From: Candidatus Magasanikiibacteriota bacterium
GTDB lineage: Bacteria; Patescibacteriota; Patescibacteriia; Magasanikbacterales; GWA2-37-8
Direction of reading: 5' to 3'
Assembly (NCBI GenBank): GCA_963802255.1
Contig: CAWDHY010000001.1
Coordinates: forward strand, 235,842-299,841
Length of the DNA: 64,000 bases
Below, piece after piece: positions 31,364 through 41,500 of this stretch; the stretch's first letter is position 1, and every line of letters begins with the position of its first letter. The translations under genes and the position numbers were made by a program. The notes below the pieces were generated by a model. That model had not been told where the DNA came from and did not search any database. It saw only the letters and a program-made list of their open reading frames with translations.

Positions 31364-31795
31364 ATGCAAACACAATTTGTTGTGCCACAATTTATAGATG
31401 TTGAAGATAAGATTTTTGGTCCGGTTACGGCCAGGCAATTTGTGATATTACTTACCGCCGGCTTAACGTTATTTGTCGCTTTCAAACTTGCTGATTTCGC
31501 ATTATTCATTTTTTTAGCCGCGGTAATCGGTGGAGGAGCCCTGATTATCGCTTTTGTGAAAATTAACGGCCAGGCCTTTCATTATTTTTTGCTAAATATT
31601 ATTCAGACATTGAGGCGGCCTGCCTTGCGGATTTGGAATAAAGTTTATGAGACGAGTGAAATTAAGCGCATGCTTGCCGAGGGAATAGTGACAATACCGG
31701 AAGCGGCCAAACCGATTCCTCGGCTCTCATATAGCCGCATCCGCGATTTATCGCTGACAGTGAATACAGGCGGTTATTATCAGGCGGAAGATTAG
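31364..31795 (+). CDS. Small two-TM membrane protein, VirB3/PrgI-like candidate
   Basis: 143 aa with two hydrophobic helices (FVILLTAGLTLFVAFKLADFALFIFLAAVIGGGALIIAFV). Lies immediately upstream of the VirB4-like genes, as in Gram-positive-type T4SS. Confidence 0.35.
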   Translation: MQTQFVVPQFIDVEDKIFGPVTARQFVILLTAGLTLFVAFKLADFALFIFLAAVIGGGALIIAFVKINGQAFHYFLLNIIQTLRRPALRIWNKVYETSEIKRMLAEGIVTIPEAAKPIPRLSYSRIRDLSLTVNTGGYYQAED

Positions 31796-31819
31796 AAAAA
31801 ATATTAAAAAAGGTTGAGT

Positions 31820-32506
31820 ATGAAAAATAAAAAAGCAATAAATAAACGGGCGGCAATGTCAACGGCACAGAAAAATTTGTCTATTGCCGAGATCAAGAAT
31901 GATACCGTGGTGATGAAAGACGGAACTTTGCGGTCCGTGCTTATGGTTTCCAGCATTAATTTTTCCCTTAAAAATGAAGATGAACAGCAGGCGATTGTTT
32001 CATCATATGTGTCTTTTTTAAACGGCCTGGATCATCCATTACAAATAAATATTCAATCGCGTCAGCTTAACGTAAAACCGTATCTGGAAAAATTGGCAAA
32101 AAAAGAACGGGAACAGCCAAACGAACTTTTGAGAATGCAAATCGCTGATTACCGGTCGTTTGTTTCCGAACTGGTAAGCCTGGGCAAAATTATGAGCAAG
32201 CTTTTTTACGTAATTGTTCCATACGACCCGCTTTCAAACAAAAAACGCGGTTTCTGGTCGCGCGCTTCAGAGGTTATCAATCCGGCGATAACCGTGCGGC
32301 TGAAAGAAGAAAGGTTTATGAAAAGAAAATATGATTTGGATATGCGGGTGCGCCAGATTGAATCCGGCCTCACCAGTATGGGCTTGGAAGTGGTGCGTCT
32401 CGACACGCAATCATTAATAGAGCTTTTTTATACCACCTATAATCCGGATATTGCATTGTCCGAACCGCTCGCGTCGCTTGAAACATTAAACGTGGAAAAC
32501 ACATAA
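31820..32506 (+). CDS. VirB4-like N-terminal domain protein (apparent split of VirB4)
   Basis: ~228 aa, ending 4 nt before the ATPase ORF in a different frame. The two ORFs together (~850 aa) are VirB4-sized. Confidence 0.35.
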   Translation: MKNKKAINKRAAMSTAQKNLSIAEIKNDTVVMKDGTLRSVLMVSSINFSLKNEDEQQAIVSSYVSFLNGLDHPLQINIQSRQLNVKPYLEKLAKKEREQPNELLRMQIADYRSFVSELVSLGKIMSKLFYVIVPYDPLSNKKRGFWSRASEVINPAITVRLKEERFMKRKYDLDMRVRQIESGLTSMGLEVVRLDTQSLIELFYTTYNPDIALSEPLASLETLNVENT

Positions 32507-32510
32507 AAAT

Positions 32511-34379
32511 ATGGCATTTAAACCATCTGCGATTAGAGAACAAAAGCAGGCTACCAACAAACTTCATACTGAAACAAGCCAATTAAAGAAACAGGCGGCT
32601 GAAGAATTGGTAACGCTTGAAGAAGAAAAGATATATCGTGAAGGAGTGGTGTCTATCCGTGATTTAGTAGCACCGTCCGCTTTTCGTGTTGAATCGAGCT
32701 TTGTTCAACTTGGCGATGTTTTTTGCCGCACACTTTTTATCACCGCTTATCCGCGTTATATTTCCATTGGCTGGGCGTCTCCTGTCATCAATCTTTCCGT
32801 TACCATGGATTTGTCCATGTTTTTCTATCCGGTTAAATCTGCAGTGATTTTAAAACAATTAAAAAATAAAGTCGGTGCGCTTGAGGCGCAAATTAATGCC
32901 GATACGGAAAAAGGCGCTCCGCGTGATCCGATCCGTGAAACTGCATTGCGGGATATTGAACAGCTGCGTGATGATTTAACACAGGGCACGGAACATTTTT
33001 TTCAATTTTGTTTTTACGTTACGATATACGCGCGTAAAAGAGAAGAATTGGATCAGACAAGCGAGGATATAGAAAATATTTTCGGCGGCAAGCTCATTAT
33101 GACCCGCAAGGTGTTGTACCAATCGGAGCAGGGTTTTAATTCCACATTGCCTTTGTGCAATGACGAATTATATATCGCTTTTAACATGAACAGCTCCCCG
33201 ATTGCCGCATCTTTTCCGTTTATTTCCGCTGAATTGACATCTGACGACGGCATTCTTTATGGCATCAACCGGCATAATAACAGTTTGATATTATTTGAAA
33301 GATTTTCTCTGCAAAATGCCAATATGGTGGTTTTCGCCACGTCCGGCGCTGGTAAAAGTTACGCTATAAAGCTGGAAATTTTGCGTACCATGATGATGGG
33401 AGTTGATGTAATAGTTATTGACCCGGAAATGGAATACAAGCATTTAAGCGACGCGGTCGGCGGAACTTATGTCAACATCTCTCTTTCATCAGAGGCAAAA
33501 ATTAATCCGTTTGATTTGCCGCGTCCGATGGGTATGGAAATATCCACTGAAGACGTGATACGCGGCGCGGTTATTACTATGAAAGGGCTTTTGCGTATCA
33601 TGCTTGGTGGTTTAACGGTTGAGCAGGATGCGATTATTGACCGCGCTCTTATTGAAACCTATGCTAAAAAAGATATTACACCTGATGCTGATTTAGCCAC
33701 TGTGAAACCGCCGATTATGCAGGATTTGGTGGAAATATTAGAGGGAATGCAGGGTTCTGAAGAACTGGTACTGAAATTGCAGAAATATACGGAAGGAACT
33801 TTTAGCGGTCTGTTTAATTCGCCGACCAATGTTGACATGAAAAATCAGCTGGTTATTTATTCTGTCCGCGATCTTGAAGAAGAACTACGGCCGATTGCCA
33901 TATACTCAATCATAAATTATATTTGGAATGTTGTCCGTTCTGAAAGGAAAAAAAGAATATTGGTTATTGACGAAGCTTGGTGGCTGATGATGCACGAAGA
34001 TTCGGCGCGATTTATCTATGCATTGGTAAAGCGGTGCCGGAAATACTATTTGGGCGTCACTACCATTACTCAGGATGTCAACGACTTTCTAAAATCTCAG
34101 TACGGCCAGGCGATTGTGACCAACTCCGCTCTGCAATTACTTCTGCGTCAGTCGCCGGCATCAATTGACCTGATACAAAAAGTATTCGTACTTACTGACA
34201 GCGAAAAATATTTACTTTTGGAGTCTGGCGTCGGTGAGGGAATATTCTTTGCCGGCCGAAAGCATGCCGCCATCAAGATAGTGGCGTCTTACACTGAAGA
34301 TCAGATAGTTACCACAAATCCGGAACAGCTTTTAGCCATTGAAAAAGCCAAAAAAGAATTTAACGCGGAAAATAAATAA
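32511..34379 (+). CDS. VirB4/TraE/TrbE-family type IV secretion ATPase (ATPase domain)
   Basis: Walker A VVFATSGAGKSYAIK. Walker B ILVIDEAWWLMMHEDSARF. Downstream TITQDVNDF. 622 aa. Confidence 0.7.
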   Translation: MAFKPSAIREQKQATNKLHTETSQLKKQAAEELVTLEEEKIYREGVVSIRDLVAPSAFRVESSFVQLGDVFCRTLFITAYPRYISIGWASPVINLSVTMDLSMFFYPVKSAVILKQLKNKVGALEAQINADTEKGAPRDPIRETALRDIEQLRDDLTQGTEHFFQFCFYVTIYARKREELDQTSEDIENIFGGKLIMTRKVLYQSEQGFNSTLPLCNDELYIAFNMNSSPIAASFPFISAELTSDDGILYGINRHNNSLILFERFSLQNANMVVFATSGAGKSYAIKLEILRTMMMGVDVIVIDPEMEYKHLSDAVGGTYVNISLSSEAKINPFDLPRPMGMEISTEDVIRGAVITMKGLLRIMLGGLTVEQDAIIDRALIETYAKKDITPDADLATVKPPIMQDLVEILEGMQGSEELVLKLQKYTEGTFSGLFNSPTNVDMKNQLVIYSVRDLEEELRPIAIYSIINYIWNVVRSERKKRILVIDEAWWLMMHEDSARFIYALVKRCRKYYLGVTTITQDVNDFLKSQYGQAIVTNSALQLLLRQSPASIDLIQKVFVLTDSEKYLLLESGVGEGIFFAGRKHAAIKIVASYTEDQIVTTNPEQLLAIEKAKKEFNAENK

Positions 34380-34417
34380 TTATGTCCGCGCCGGCCGGCG
34401 TTAATATTAAATAATAT

Positions 34418-35008
34418 ATGACAACACTCCGATCCCGTTTATTCATCTTTATCAGTTTGGTGGTTTTGGTAATACTTGCCATAAGCATTGCCATTATTGT
34501 GTTTGTAAAACAGAAAGCGGCGGCGCCCGAAGAACAACCTGTTGAGGATACCTCGCAGATTGATTCGACAAATTTCCCGGTACAATTGACTCCGGAGCCG
34601 GTTAATATTCCGGCCGGGACACAAGTTAAACCGTTGACTACGGATGAGGCACTCAAAAACGGGGCAAAACAGATGGCTAAAATATTCACTGAGCGTTACG
34701 GCACATATTCATCCGACAGTGATTTTGCGAATGTTAGAGAAGTAGAATCATTAGTCACTAAAAGTTATTGGTCTGAACTTGAAAAAACAATCGGAACAGG
34801 AAAGCCGGCGATGTTCATTGGTGTAACTACCAATGCGGTGGCTTCCGAAGTCGCTGAATACGGAGGCGGAAAAGCGACAGTCAATGTATCTGTTCAGAAA
34901 ACAACGACCAGAGGGTCAAGCGTTACAGAATCCAGCGAAAAAGCGAAAGTATGGCTTATACAAAGCGGTGGTGTCTGGTTGGTTGATGATTTTGAATGGG
35001 TCAAATAG
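34418..35008 (+). CDS. Hypothetical N-terminally membrane-anchored protein
   Basis: 196 aa. TM helix LFIFISLVVLVILAISIAIIVFV, then a soluble domain with no recognisable motifs. Confidence 0.4.
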   Translation: MTTLRSRLFIFISLVVLVILAISIAIIVFVKQKAAAPEEQPVEDTSQIDSTNFPVQLTPEPVNIPAGTQVKPLTTDEALKNGAKQMAKIFTERYGTYSSDSDFANVREVESLVTKSYWSELEKTIGTGKPAMFIGVTTNAVASEVAEYGGGKATVNVSVQKTTTRGSSVTESSEKAKVWLIQSGGVWLVDDFEWVK

Positions 35009-35023
35009 ATTAAAAAAATATTA

Positions 35024-35046
35024 AGACGCCCGCAAGGGCGTCTTTG
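35024..35046 (+). terminator. Terminator hairpin (aagacgcccgcaagggcgtcttt)
   Basis: 8-bp GC stem with a gcaa tetraloop-like loop, directly after the stop at 35008. Confidence 0.6.
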
Positions 35047-35050
35047 TGAT

Positions 35051-35752
35051 ATGATTATTAAATTAATTAAAGAAATATTGTTTCCCGTTTTTTGCATTGA
35101 GTGCGGTGAAGAAGGGGAGTGGTGGTGCAAGCAGTGTTTTGAAAATAGCTTTATCAGCGTGGTTTTAAGATGCCCCGGCTGTGGCAAGACCAATCACGGT
35201 GAGACTTGCCAGGTGTGCAGAAGTTCTGTTTTTTTGGACGGCACCATAGCTTTAATGGAATATGCGGAGACAAAGCCGGCAGGAAAATTAATAAAAAATT
35301 TTAAATATAAATTTGCTCACGATACCCGGCCAGCTTGGGAAATGATCGCGGATAAATGCATACCGAAAATAATTTTGCCGGACAATGGTGTCATCACACC
35401 GGTACCGCTATATCCCAGGCGGGAAAGAGAACGCGGGTTTAACCAGTCGGATATTCTTGCCGGAATTTTTTTTGATAAAATTAAAAAATATTTTCCCGAA
35501 AGAAAATATGAAATAAATAATAAAATTCTCCGGCGCACGCGCGCCACAAATCAGCAAGCTAAGTTATCAAGAGAAGAACGTGAAAGAAATGTCAGCGGAG
35601 CCTTTTGCGTTAAAAATAAAATAGTCCCTTATTCTGTAATATTGGTTGATGATATTTTTACGACCGGTGCGACATTAAATGAATGCGCAAAAGAATTAAA
35701 ACAGAATGGAGTAAAAAAAGTCTGGGCGTTAACTTTGGCCAGGACTACCTGA
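35051..35752 (+). CDS. ComF-family phosphoribosyltransferase (ComFC-like) with an N-terminal double zinc ribbon
   Basis: CIECGEEGEWWCKQC...CPGCGKTNHGETCQVC zinc-ribbon cysteines. PRTase motif VILVDDIFTTGATLNE. 233 aa. Confidence 0.7.
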   Translation: MIIKLIKEILFPVFCIECGEEGEWWCKQCFENSFISVVLRCPGCGKTNHGETCQVCRSSVFLDGTIALMEYAETKPAGKLIKNFKYKFAHDTRPAWEMIADKCIPKIILPDNGVITPVPLYPRRERERGFNQSDILAGIFFDKIKKYFPERKYEINNKILRRTRATNQQAKLSREERERNVSGAFCVKNKIVPYSVILVDDIFTTGATLNECAKELKQNGVKKVWALTLARTT

Positions 35753-37313
35753 CTTTTTTCCAGACAATTGCGATATTATCTTCAAAAATAATTTGCCAGT
35801 TCGCGCTTTTTCTGAGCATTTTTTCCAATTGAGGCGGGTCAGGCACCTGCGCCTCGGCAATTCCTTTTTCCCCGAATATAATCTGATTAATTGCGTTTGG
35901 TTTTCTGTAGCTTGCGTAATATTGGCTAAGAAGCACATATTCAGCAGGGCTATTTTCAAGTTCACTGAATCCTCCGGCTTCATATTTTATTTTTCTGTAG
36001 CGTTCAAGACGGGTTTCGCTTTCATCGTATTTCCACGTCGCCGTGCCACGGCCGTCAAAATACAACAGAGCGTTTTGCATCGTCCAATTCAGGTATCCGC
36101 CCCAGCGAAATTCATTGAATAAATATATTTCTTTGCCGGCCGTTTCTTGCGAAAGGAATTCAACCGCATCGTAGGGGAATGGATATCGCAAAAGTAAATT
36201 TTTATCTAACCAGATATTACTGTTTGTTTTTATCGCAGGAGCGAAAAGAAAAATTAAAATTATGACCGCCAGCGCAGAAATAATTGATAAAATATTTGCT
36301 GAAAATTTTGCTTTTTTAAACGCTGTGAAAATTTTTTCTTTTGCCAGGCCGAATATGACAGTCAGAGCAGGTATACAAACTAATACAAGATACACATTAT
36401 TTCTTTTGTATTGCCAAGCAGAGTAAAAAATTGCAAAAAAAAGTAAAAGCTGCGGCAGAGTCACCTGTTTTCTTCGCCAGCCCCAAACAGCAAAAACTGC
36501 GGTAAAAGATCCGATAATAAGCGGCCAAACATACACGGGATAGGCATAGCTTGGCACCCATTCGGTAATAATCGTTTTAAAGTATCCGGAAGTAAAATAT
36601 TCTCCGACTTCCGTCCATATTTTTGTTCCATAAGGGTTAAAAAGAAGTAATAGGGCAGATATAGCTTGCCAGAAGAATGAAGCTATTATAGTGCTTTTTG
36701 TCCAGCCGGTCTCTTTTCCCGCAAAATGCGGAAGTCTGTTTTTGATTAACAAAAAGATAATGTTTCCGAAAGTATATATATTGATAATGATAAAGCCCAG
36801 TGCCCAGCTGCCATGCAGAGCCGACCAGAGCCAGAGAATGGGAGGCCATAAATAGTAAGATTTTATTTTCGGCAGTTTTTCTAAAGTCAGCCAAAGTAAT
36901 GAAAATAATATAAGAACTAAAAATGCCAGCCGCATGCTAAAAAGAAATTTTAGGGAAGCCACGCCTAAAAGTGAAAAAATTATTCCGGCAATAGTAATTT
37001 TTTTAATAAATATTTTTAGAGCCAGCAAAAATGAAAGCCAGATAGCAGCCGAAACAATCAGTACCAGCGAAAAGTAGCCAAAAGAAGAATAGAGCAGCCA
37101 AAAAAGCAAATCTCCGCCCCATTCATGATTAGTCCAATTTTGGCCGAAGTGTGGCCATGTGTAGGTATCCTGATATTGAAAATTGCCGGCAAAAGCATCA
37201 CGGCCAAAACGCAAATGCCAGCCAAAATCACCGTCAAATGTATTGGATACAAAGGATACAACCAGGACAAATCCGGCTATAATCAGAGCGATTTTTAGGA
37301 TTTTTTGTAGCAT
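35745..37313 (-). CDS. Large polytopic membrane protein with a C-terminal extracytoplasmic domain; possible GT-C-type glycosyltransferase
   Basis: 522 aa with about 12 predicted TM helices and a ~150-aa soluble C-terminus. Only a weak resemblance to GT-C glycosyltransferase topology, so the function is uncertain. Confidence 0.35.
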   Translation of the reverse strand: MLQKILKIALIIAGFVLVVSFVSNTFDGDFGWHLRFGRDAFAGNFQYQDTYTWPHFGQNWTNHEWGGDLLFWLLYSSFGYFSLVLIVSAAIWLSFLLALKIFIKKITIAGIIFSLLGVASLKFLFSMRLAFLVLILFSLLWLTLEKLPKIKSYYLWPPILWLWSALHGSWALGFIIINIYTFGNIIFLLIKNRLPHFAGKETGWTKSTIIASFFWQAISALLLLFNPYGTKIWTEVGEYFTSGYFKTIITEWVPSYAYPVYVWPLIIGSFTAVFAVWGWRRKQVTLPQLLLFFAIFYSAWQYKRNNVYLVLVCIPALTVIFGLAKEKIFTAFKKAKFSANILSIISALAVIILIFLFAPAIKTNSNIWLDKNLLLRYPFPYDAVEFLSQETAGKEIYLFNEFRWGGYLNWTMQNALLYFDGRGTATWKYDESETRLERYRKIKYEAGGFSELENSPAEYVLLSQYYASYRKPNAINQIIFGEKGIAEAQVPDPPQLEKMLRKSANWQIIFEDNIAIVWKKVR

Positions 37314-37375
37314 AGTATTTCTTGACTTCTCATTGATAATAATGATATAATTTTAGCGCAAAATTAGCAAATATT

Positions 37376-37467
37376 GGAGAGGTGGCTGAGTGGTCGAAAG
37401 CGGCACACTGCTAATGTGTTGTGCGGCTCTCAAGGTCGCACCGAGGGTTCGAATCCCTCCCTCTCCG
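37376..37467 (+). tRNA. tRNA-Ser (anticodon GCU)
   Basis: Cloverleaf: acceptor ggagagg/cctctcc; anticodon loop ctGCTaa; long variable arm (gttgtgcggctctcaaggtcgcacc); T-arm gagggttcgaatccctc. No encoded CCA. Confidence 0.8.
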
Positions 37468-37470
37468 CAT

Positions 37471-37510
37471 AAAATAAAACTTAGGCTTTGCCTAAGTTTT
37501 ATTTTATTTG
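37471..37510. terminator. Hairpin terminator after tRNA-Ser (aaaacttaggctttgcctaagtttt + T-rich)
   Basis: Perfect 8-bp stem and T-rich tail. Confidence 0.55.
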
Positions 37511-37539
37511 AAAAGATGGCAGGATGAGAAGTTTACACC

Positions 37540-37595
37540 CTGGAGCCCCGCTTGCTTGCAAGCGGAAAAAGGCGGAAGGGTGAATCCCTCCCTCT
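37540..37595 (+). other. Degenerate tRNA-like fragment repeating the 3' end of tRNA-Ser (gggtgaatccctccctctccgc)
   Basis: 22 of 24 nt identical to the T-arm and acceptor 3' strand of the upstream tRNA-Ser. An anticodon-arm-like hairpin cgcttgcttgcaagcg precedes it. Confidence 0.4.
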
Positions 37596-37835
37596 CCGCT
37601 CATACAAAAAATACCCGAAAGGGTTTTTTTTGTCTGCTATTCGTTTTCTTTGCCACTCCATAAATATCGTGTTATAATTACTTTTTAATTCATTTAAATT
37701 TTTCTATGGCGAAGGGAAATAATTCGCAGAAGAAGGAAAAAAAGAAACCGAAAAAAAAGAAGTAGAAAATAAAAATCCGCTTAATCGCGGATTTTTACGT
37801 ATCACGGAAAAATATATCGCTTTTTAAAAAAATAT

Positions 37836-38336
37836 TCAATCAATCTTTACAATTTTATATTCAATCTCATTATTTTCCGTTTTAATTTTTATTACATCTC
37901 CAACGCTTTTCCCCAAAAGTTTTTCACCCAAAGGTGAATTTTGAGAAATGATTCCTTTTTGCGGATCGGATTCCATTGAACCGAGTATCCGGTATGTTTT
38001 TTGTTTTTTACCATCATCAATTGTCACTGTATGTCCGAGCCCGACACTGTCGGTTTGTTGTTGGGGTTTGATAATTATCGCTCGCCGCAATTCTCCCTCA
38101 TAGTTAAGAATTTTTTGATTAACACTACGCAAACGCCCTTTGGCCGCCTGATATCCTGCATTTTCAGAAAAATCTCCGCCTTGAGCAAGTAGAGCGACTT
38201 CTTCCATAAGCTTTGGCTTGACCATTTTTTTTAATCTTTCAAGTTTTTTTTCAATTTCAACAACACGCGCTTCAGTGATGTGCGGGTCTTGAACCAAGTT
38301 TGTATATTTTCCGGGTTTTCGGTAGGGGATTTGCAT
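37836..38336 (-). CDS. greA: Transcription elongation factor GreA
   Basis: 166 aa. N-terminal coiled-coil. GDFSENAGYQAAK motif with the acidic tip (D, E). C-terminal FKBP-like domain (GLGHTVTIDDG...EIEYKIVKID). Confidence 0.85.
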   Translation of the reverse strand: MQIPYRKPGKYTNLVQDPHITEARVVEIEKKLERLKKMVKPKLMEEVALLAQGGDFSENAGYQAAKGRLRSVNQKILNYEGELRRAIIIKPQQQTDSVGLGHTVTIDDGKKQKTYRILGSMESDPQKGIISQNSPLGEKLLGKSVGDVIKIKTENNEIEYKIVKID

Positions 38337-38497
38337 GACCGTATAATAGCATATGATGCCAATATTTTCGAATTTACAGATTATATTTATATTATGCGCA
38401 ATCGAAATAATGAAAATACAAGCTTTTTTGGCTTAAATTAAACATTTTTTTACCTGTGCATATCTTGTTTGACAACAGTGTAATAATATCCTTTTGG

Positions 38498-38506
38498 TGC
38501 TATAAT
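38498..38506 (+). promoter_or_regulatory. Extended -10 promoter (TGcTATAAT) upstream of the giant adhesin gene; TTGACA at 38469-38474
   Basis: ttgaca ... tgctataat lies 66 nt before the ATG at 38572. Confidence 0.4.
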
Positions 38507-38571
38507 ATAGTTATATTTTTTAATAATTACAGTCTTCAAAGAGATTTTTGGAGACCTATATTTAAAGTTAT

Positions 38572-41500
38572 ATGTTAAGTAGACATCTCGCCAGGGGCCT
38601 GACAATAATAGGGTCCATGTTTGTATTATCTTTATTCATTGGTTCCGCGCCGGCATCGGCAGCAAGTCGTTATTCTGTTGCAAATGGAAACTGGAATTCG
38701 ACAGCCACATGGTCAGCAACTTCCGGAGGAGCGCCGGGAGCTAGCGTTCCTGTGGCTGGTGATACCGTAACTATTGAGGGTGCGCGTACCGTTACTTTAA
38801 CGGCTAATGCCGCCTGCGCAAGTATAACTTTTGTTGCATCTGCGACAGGAAATACGTTAAATCTTGGAACATTTCAACTTGATGTTTCGGGAGCAATCAC
38901 CATCCCAAGATCAGCCGCTGTACCAGCGAACCTTATCGCCGTTGGCGCCGGTACTTTGAATGCCGGAAGTATTACATTTACTAGCGCTGGCACTTCTGTG
39001 AGGCATCAACTAACAATTTCGACGGGGACAGTAACAGTCACAGGAAATATTACTGGAAGTGCTGGCAATACCAGCCCTACGATCACATTTACTGGCGCAG
39101 GGACTCTGAATGTAGGTGGTGCGCTGTTTGCTCCGGCCGACGGCACATTAACAACTTTTACGGGAAGTACAGTTAATTATAACGCAGCGGGAGCCCAAAC
39201 GGTTCAAATTTTTAATTACAGCAATCTAACTCTTTCCGGTTCTGGCGCAAAAACAGGCGCAGTTACCACTGTAAATGGCAACTTAACATTAGGCGGTACA
39301 GCCACATATGCCACAGGAGCTGCTTTAGCGGTAGGAGGCAATGTAAATGTTGGAGACGGCACCACTCTTACCGTGGCAGGTTTCAACTTTACGGTTACCG
39401 GAGCGACAAACATCGGTGGCGGCGCGAGTGGTAATTTAACTTTTTCCTCAACCGCGGGGACGAAGACATTTACTGGTTTGGTAACAATTAATTCCGGCGC
39501 GACATGGAACGATTCAGTCAATGAAGCTATTAATTTTCGTGGCGGTGTCACCAATGGCGGAACTTTTACCGCAGGTACAGGCGCCTATACTTTTACCAAC
39601 AACGCACAGGCAATAAATGGAACTATTTCAATTCCTACAGTCACGGTTACCACTATTACATTGACAAACAATGGTTCGCTTACGGTTGGAACGGCGTTGA
39701 CAGGAACCGGCGGATTAACGAACAGCGCGACTGGGGTGTTAAATATAGGAGGTACTTCAACCATTACAACTTTAACCGCAACGGCTGTAGGTAATGTGAT
39801 TGATTACACTGGAGCTAGCCAGACAGTAAAATCAACGACTTATGATATTCTTAGTTTTTCAGGTTCAGGTACAAAGACGCTGGGTGGCGTGGTCACAGCT
39901 GGGAATATAACGATTGGCGCCGGTACGACCTTGGATGTCAGTGGTAGTAATTATGCGCTGAATGTAAATGGAGATTGGGTTAACAATAATGTTTTTACGC
40001 CAAGAAGTGGCACAGTAACTTTTGGTAAATCGGGCGCGCAATCAATTGGAGGCACTACGGCTCCGGCATTTTATAATCTTACATTGACCGGGTCCGGAAC
40101 GAAAACATTTTCCGCTGCCGCTGCGATTGGAGGAGATTTGGCAATTACGGGTACAGCAGACGTTGATTTGGGATCTTATACTTCTAGCGCTAATACATTA
40201 TCGCTTGGCGCTGCAGGGCAATTACCCGGTTCTTGGGGTGGCACTGCTTCCGCGGCTACTTATCAAAATAGTACATATTTTGGGACGACCGCAACCGGTA
40301 TTTTAAATGTAGTTACCATGGCAAGTTTAGCAACGGATTATTTCCGGTCAGCAGGGACAGGAACCTGGGATGCAATAAGTACGTGGGAAAGTTCTTCTGA
40401 TGGTAGTACTAATTGGCACGCCGCCACCCTGGCGCCTTCAAATACCGCGAATACTATCACTATCCAGAACTCGCATGTGGTAACCATCAGCGCCGCGGCC
40501 ACATTATCAATTGATCAGGTCGTAGTTGAAGCAGGTGGTGAAATTGACTTGGCGAATTCAGCCGGCACCTTGACGATAGCTAATGGCGCAGGCACTGATC
40601 TGGACGTATATGGAACATTTAAAAATTTAAAAACGACAGCCATCACATTAACGGGTACGGCTGTATTTGAAAACGGAAGTATTTATGATCACGCAATGGC
40701 CGCTGGCACAATTCCATCAGCTACATGGGTTGATGGCTCAACGGTAAAAATTACTGGGGTGACCGGTTCGGCGCCGACGGCTACACTTAGCAGTATTGGG
40801 CAAAATTTTTACAATTTGACTTGGAATAGCCCGGGTCAGAGCTGGAATCCGACCACTGGTGCAGCTTCGGCTCTCACCATCAGGGGCACTTTTACTTTTG
40901 AGGATAGCGGAACAGGGAGTTATGTCTGGCCGTCTGCAGACTGTACCGTCGCAAATTATGTTCAAACGGGAGGTATCGACCGCCTCAGTTACACAGCAGC
41001 CAGAACCCATACTGTTGGAAATTTCTCGGTAAGCGGTGGCACAGCTGATTTTACGCAAAGTACGGGCGCCCCAGTTGTCAATATCAGTGGCGATGTATCC
41101 ATAACCGGAAGCGGGGCATTGATTATCAGCGGCGGGGGTGGTAGCGCTACTGTGAATTTTGCAGGTACAAGTTTACAAACTTTTTCATCAGGAGGCACTA
41201 TTTCCGGTGCCATCGGTTGGAATATCAATAGTGGAGCAATTGTTGATTTTGGGACTAGTGTGTTGAGTGGCGGTGCTTCAAGTAACTTTAGTGTGGCATC
41301 GGGTGGTAGTATTATTACAGCCAACACAGCTGGTTTGACGGCGAGCGGAGCGGCGGGCTCAATACAGGTGGGTGGAACAAGAACCTACAGCACAGGAGCC
41401 AATTATGAATATAACGGATCCGCAAATCAGGTAACGGGCGATGGTCTGCCTGCTACAGTTAATAATCTCGTAATTGATAATTCCGGCGCAGGTGGTGACA

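Noticed and set aside
35793-36122. 109-aa + strand ORF and other small ORFs (36637-36894, 37058-37270) within 35745-37313
   Set aside because: They are embedded in or antisense to the 522-aa polytopic membrane protein gene, which has consistent TM periodicity.
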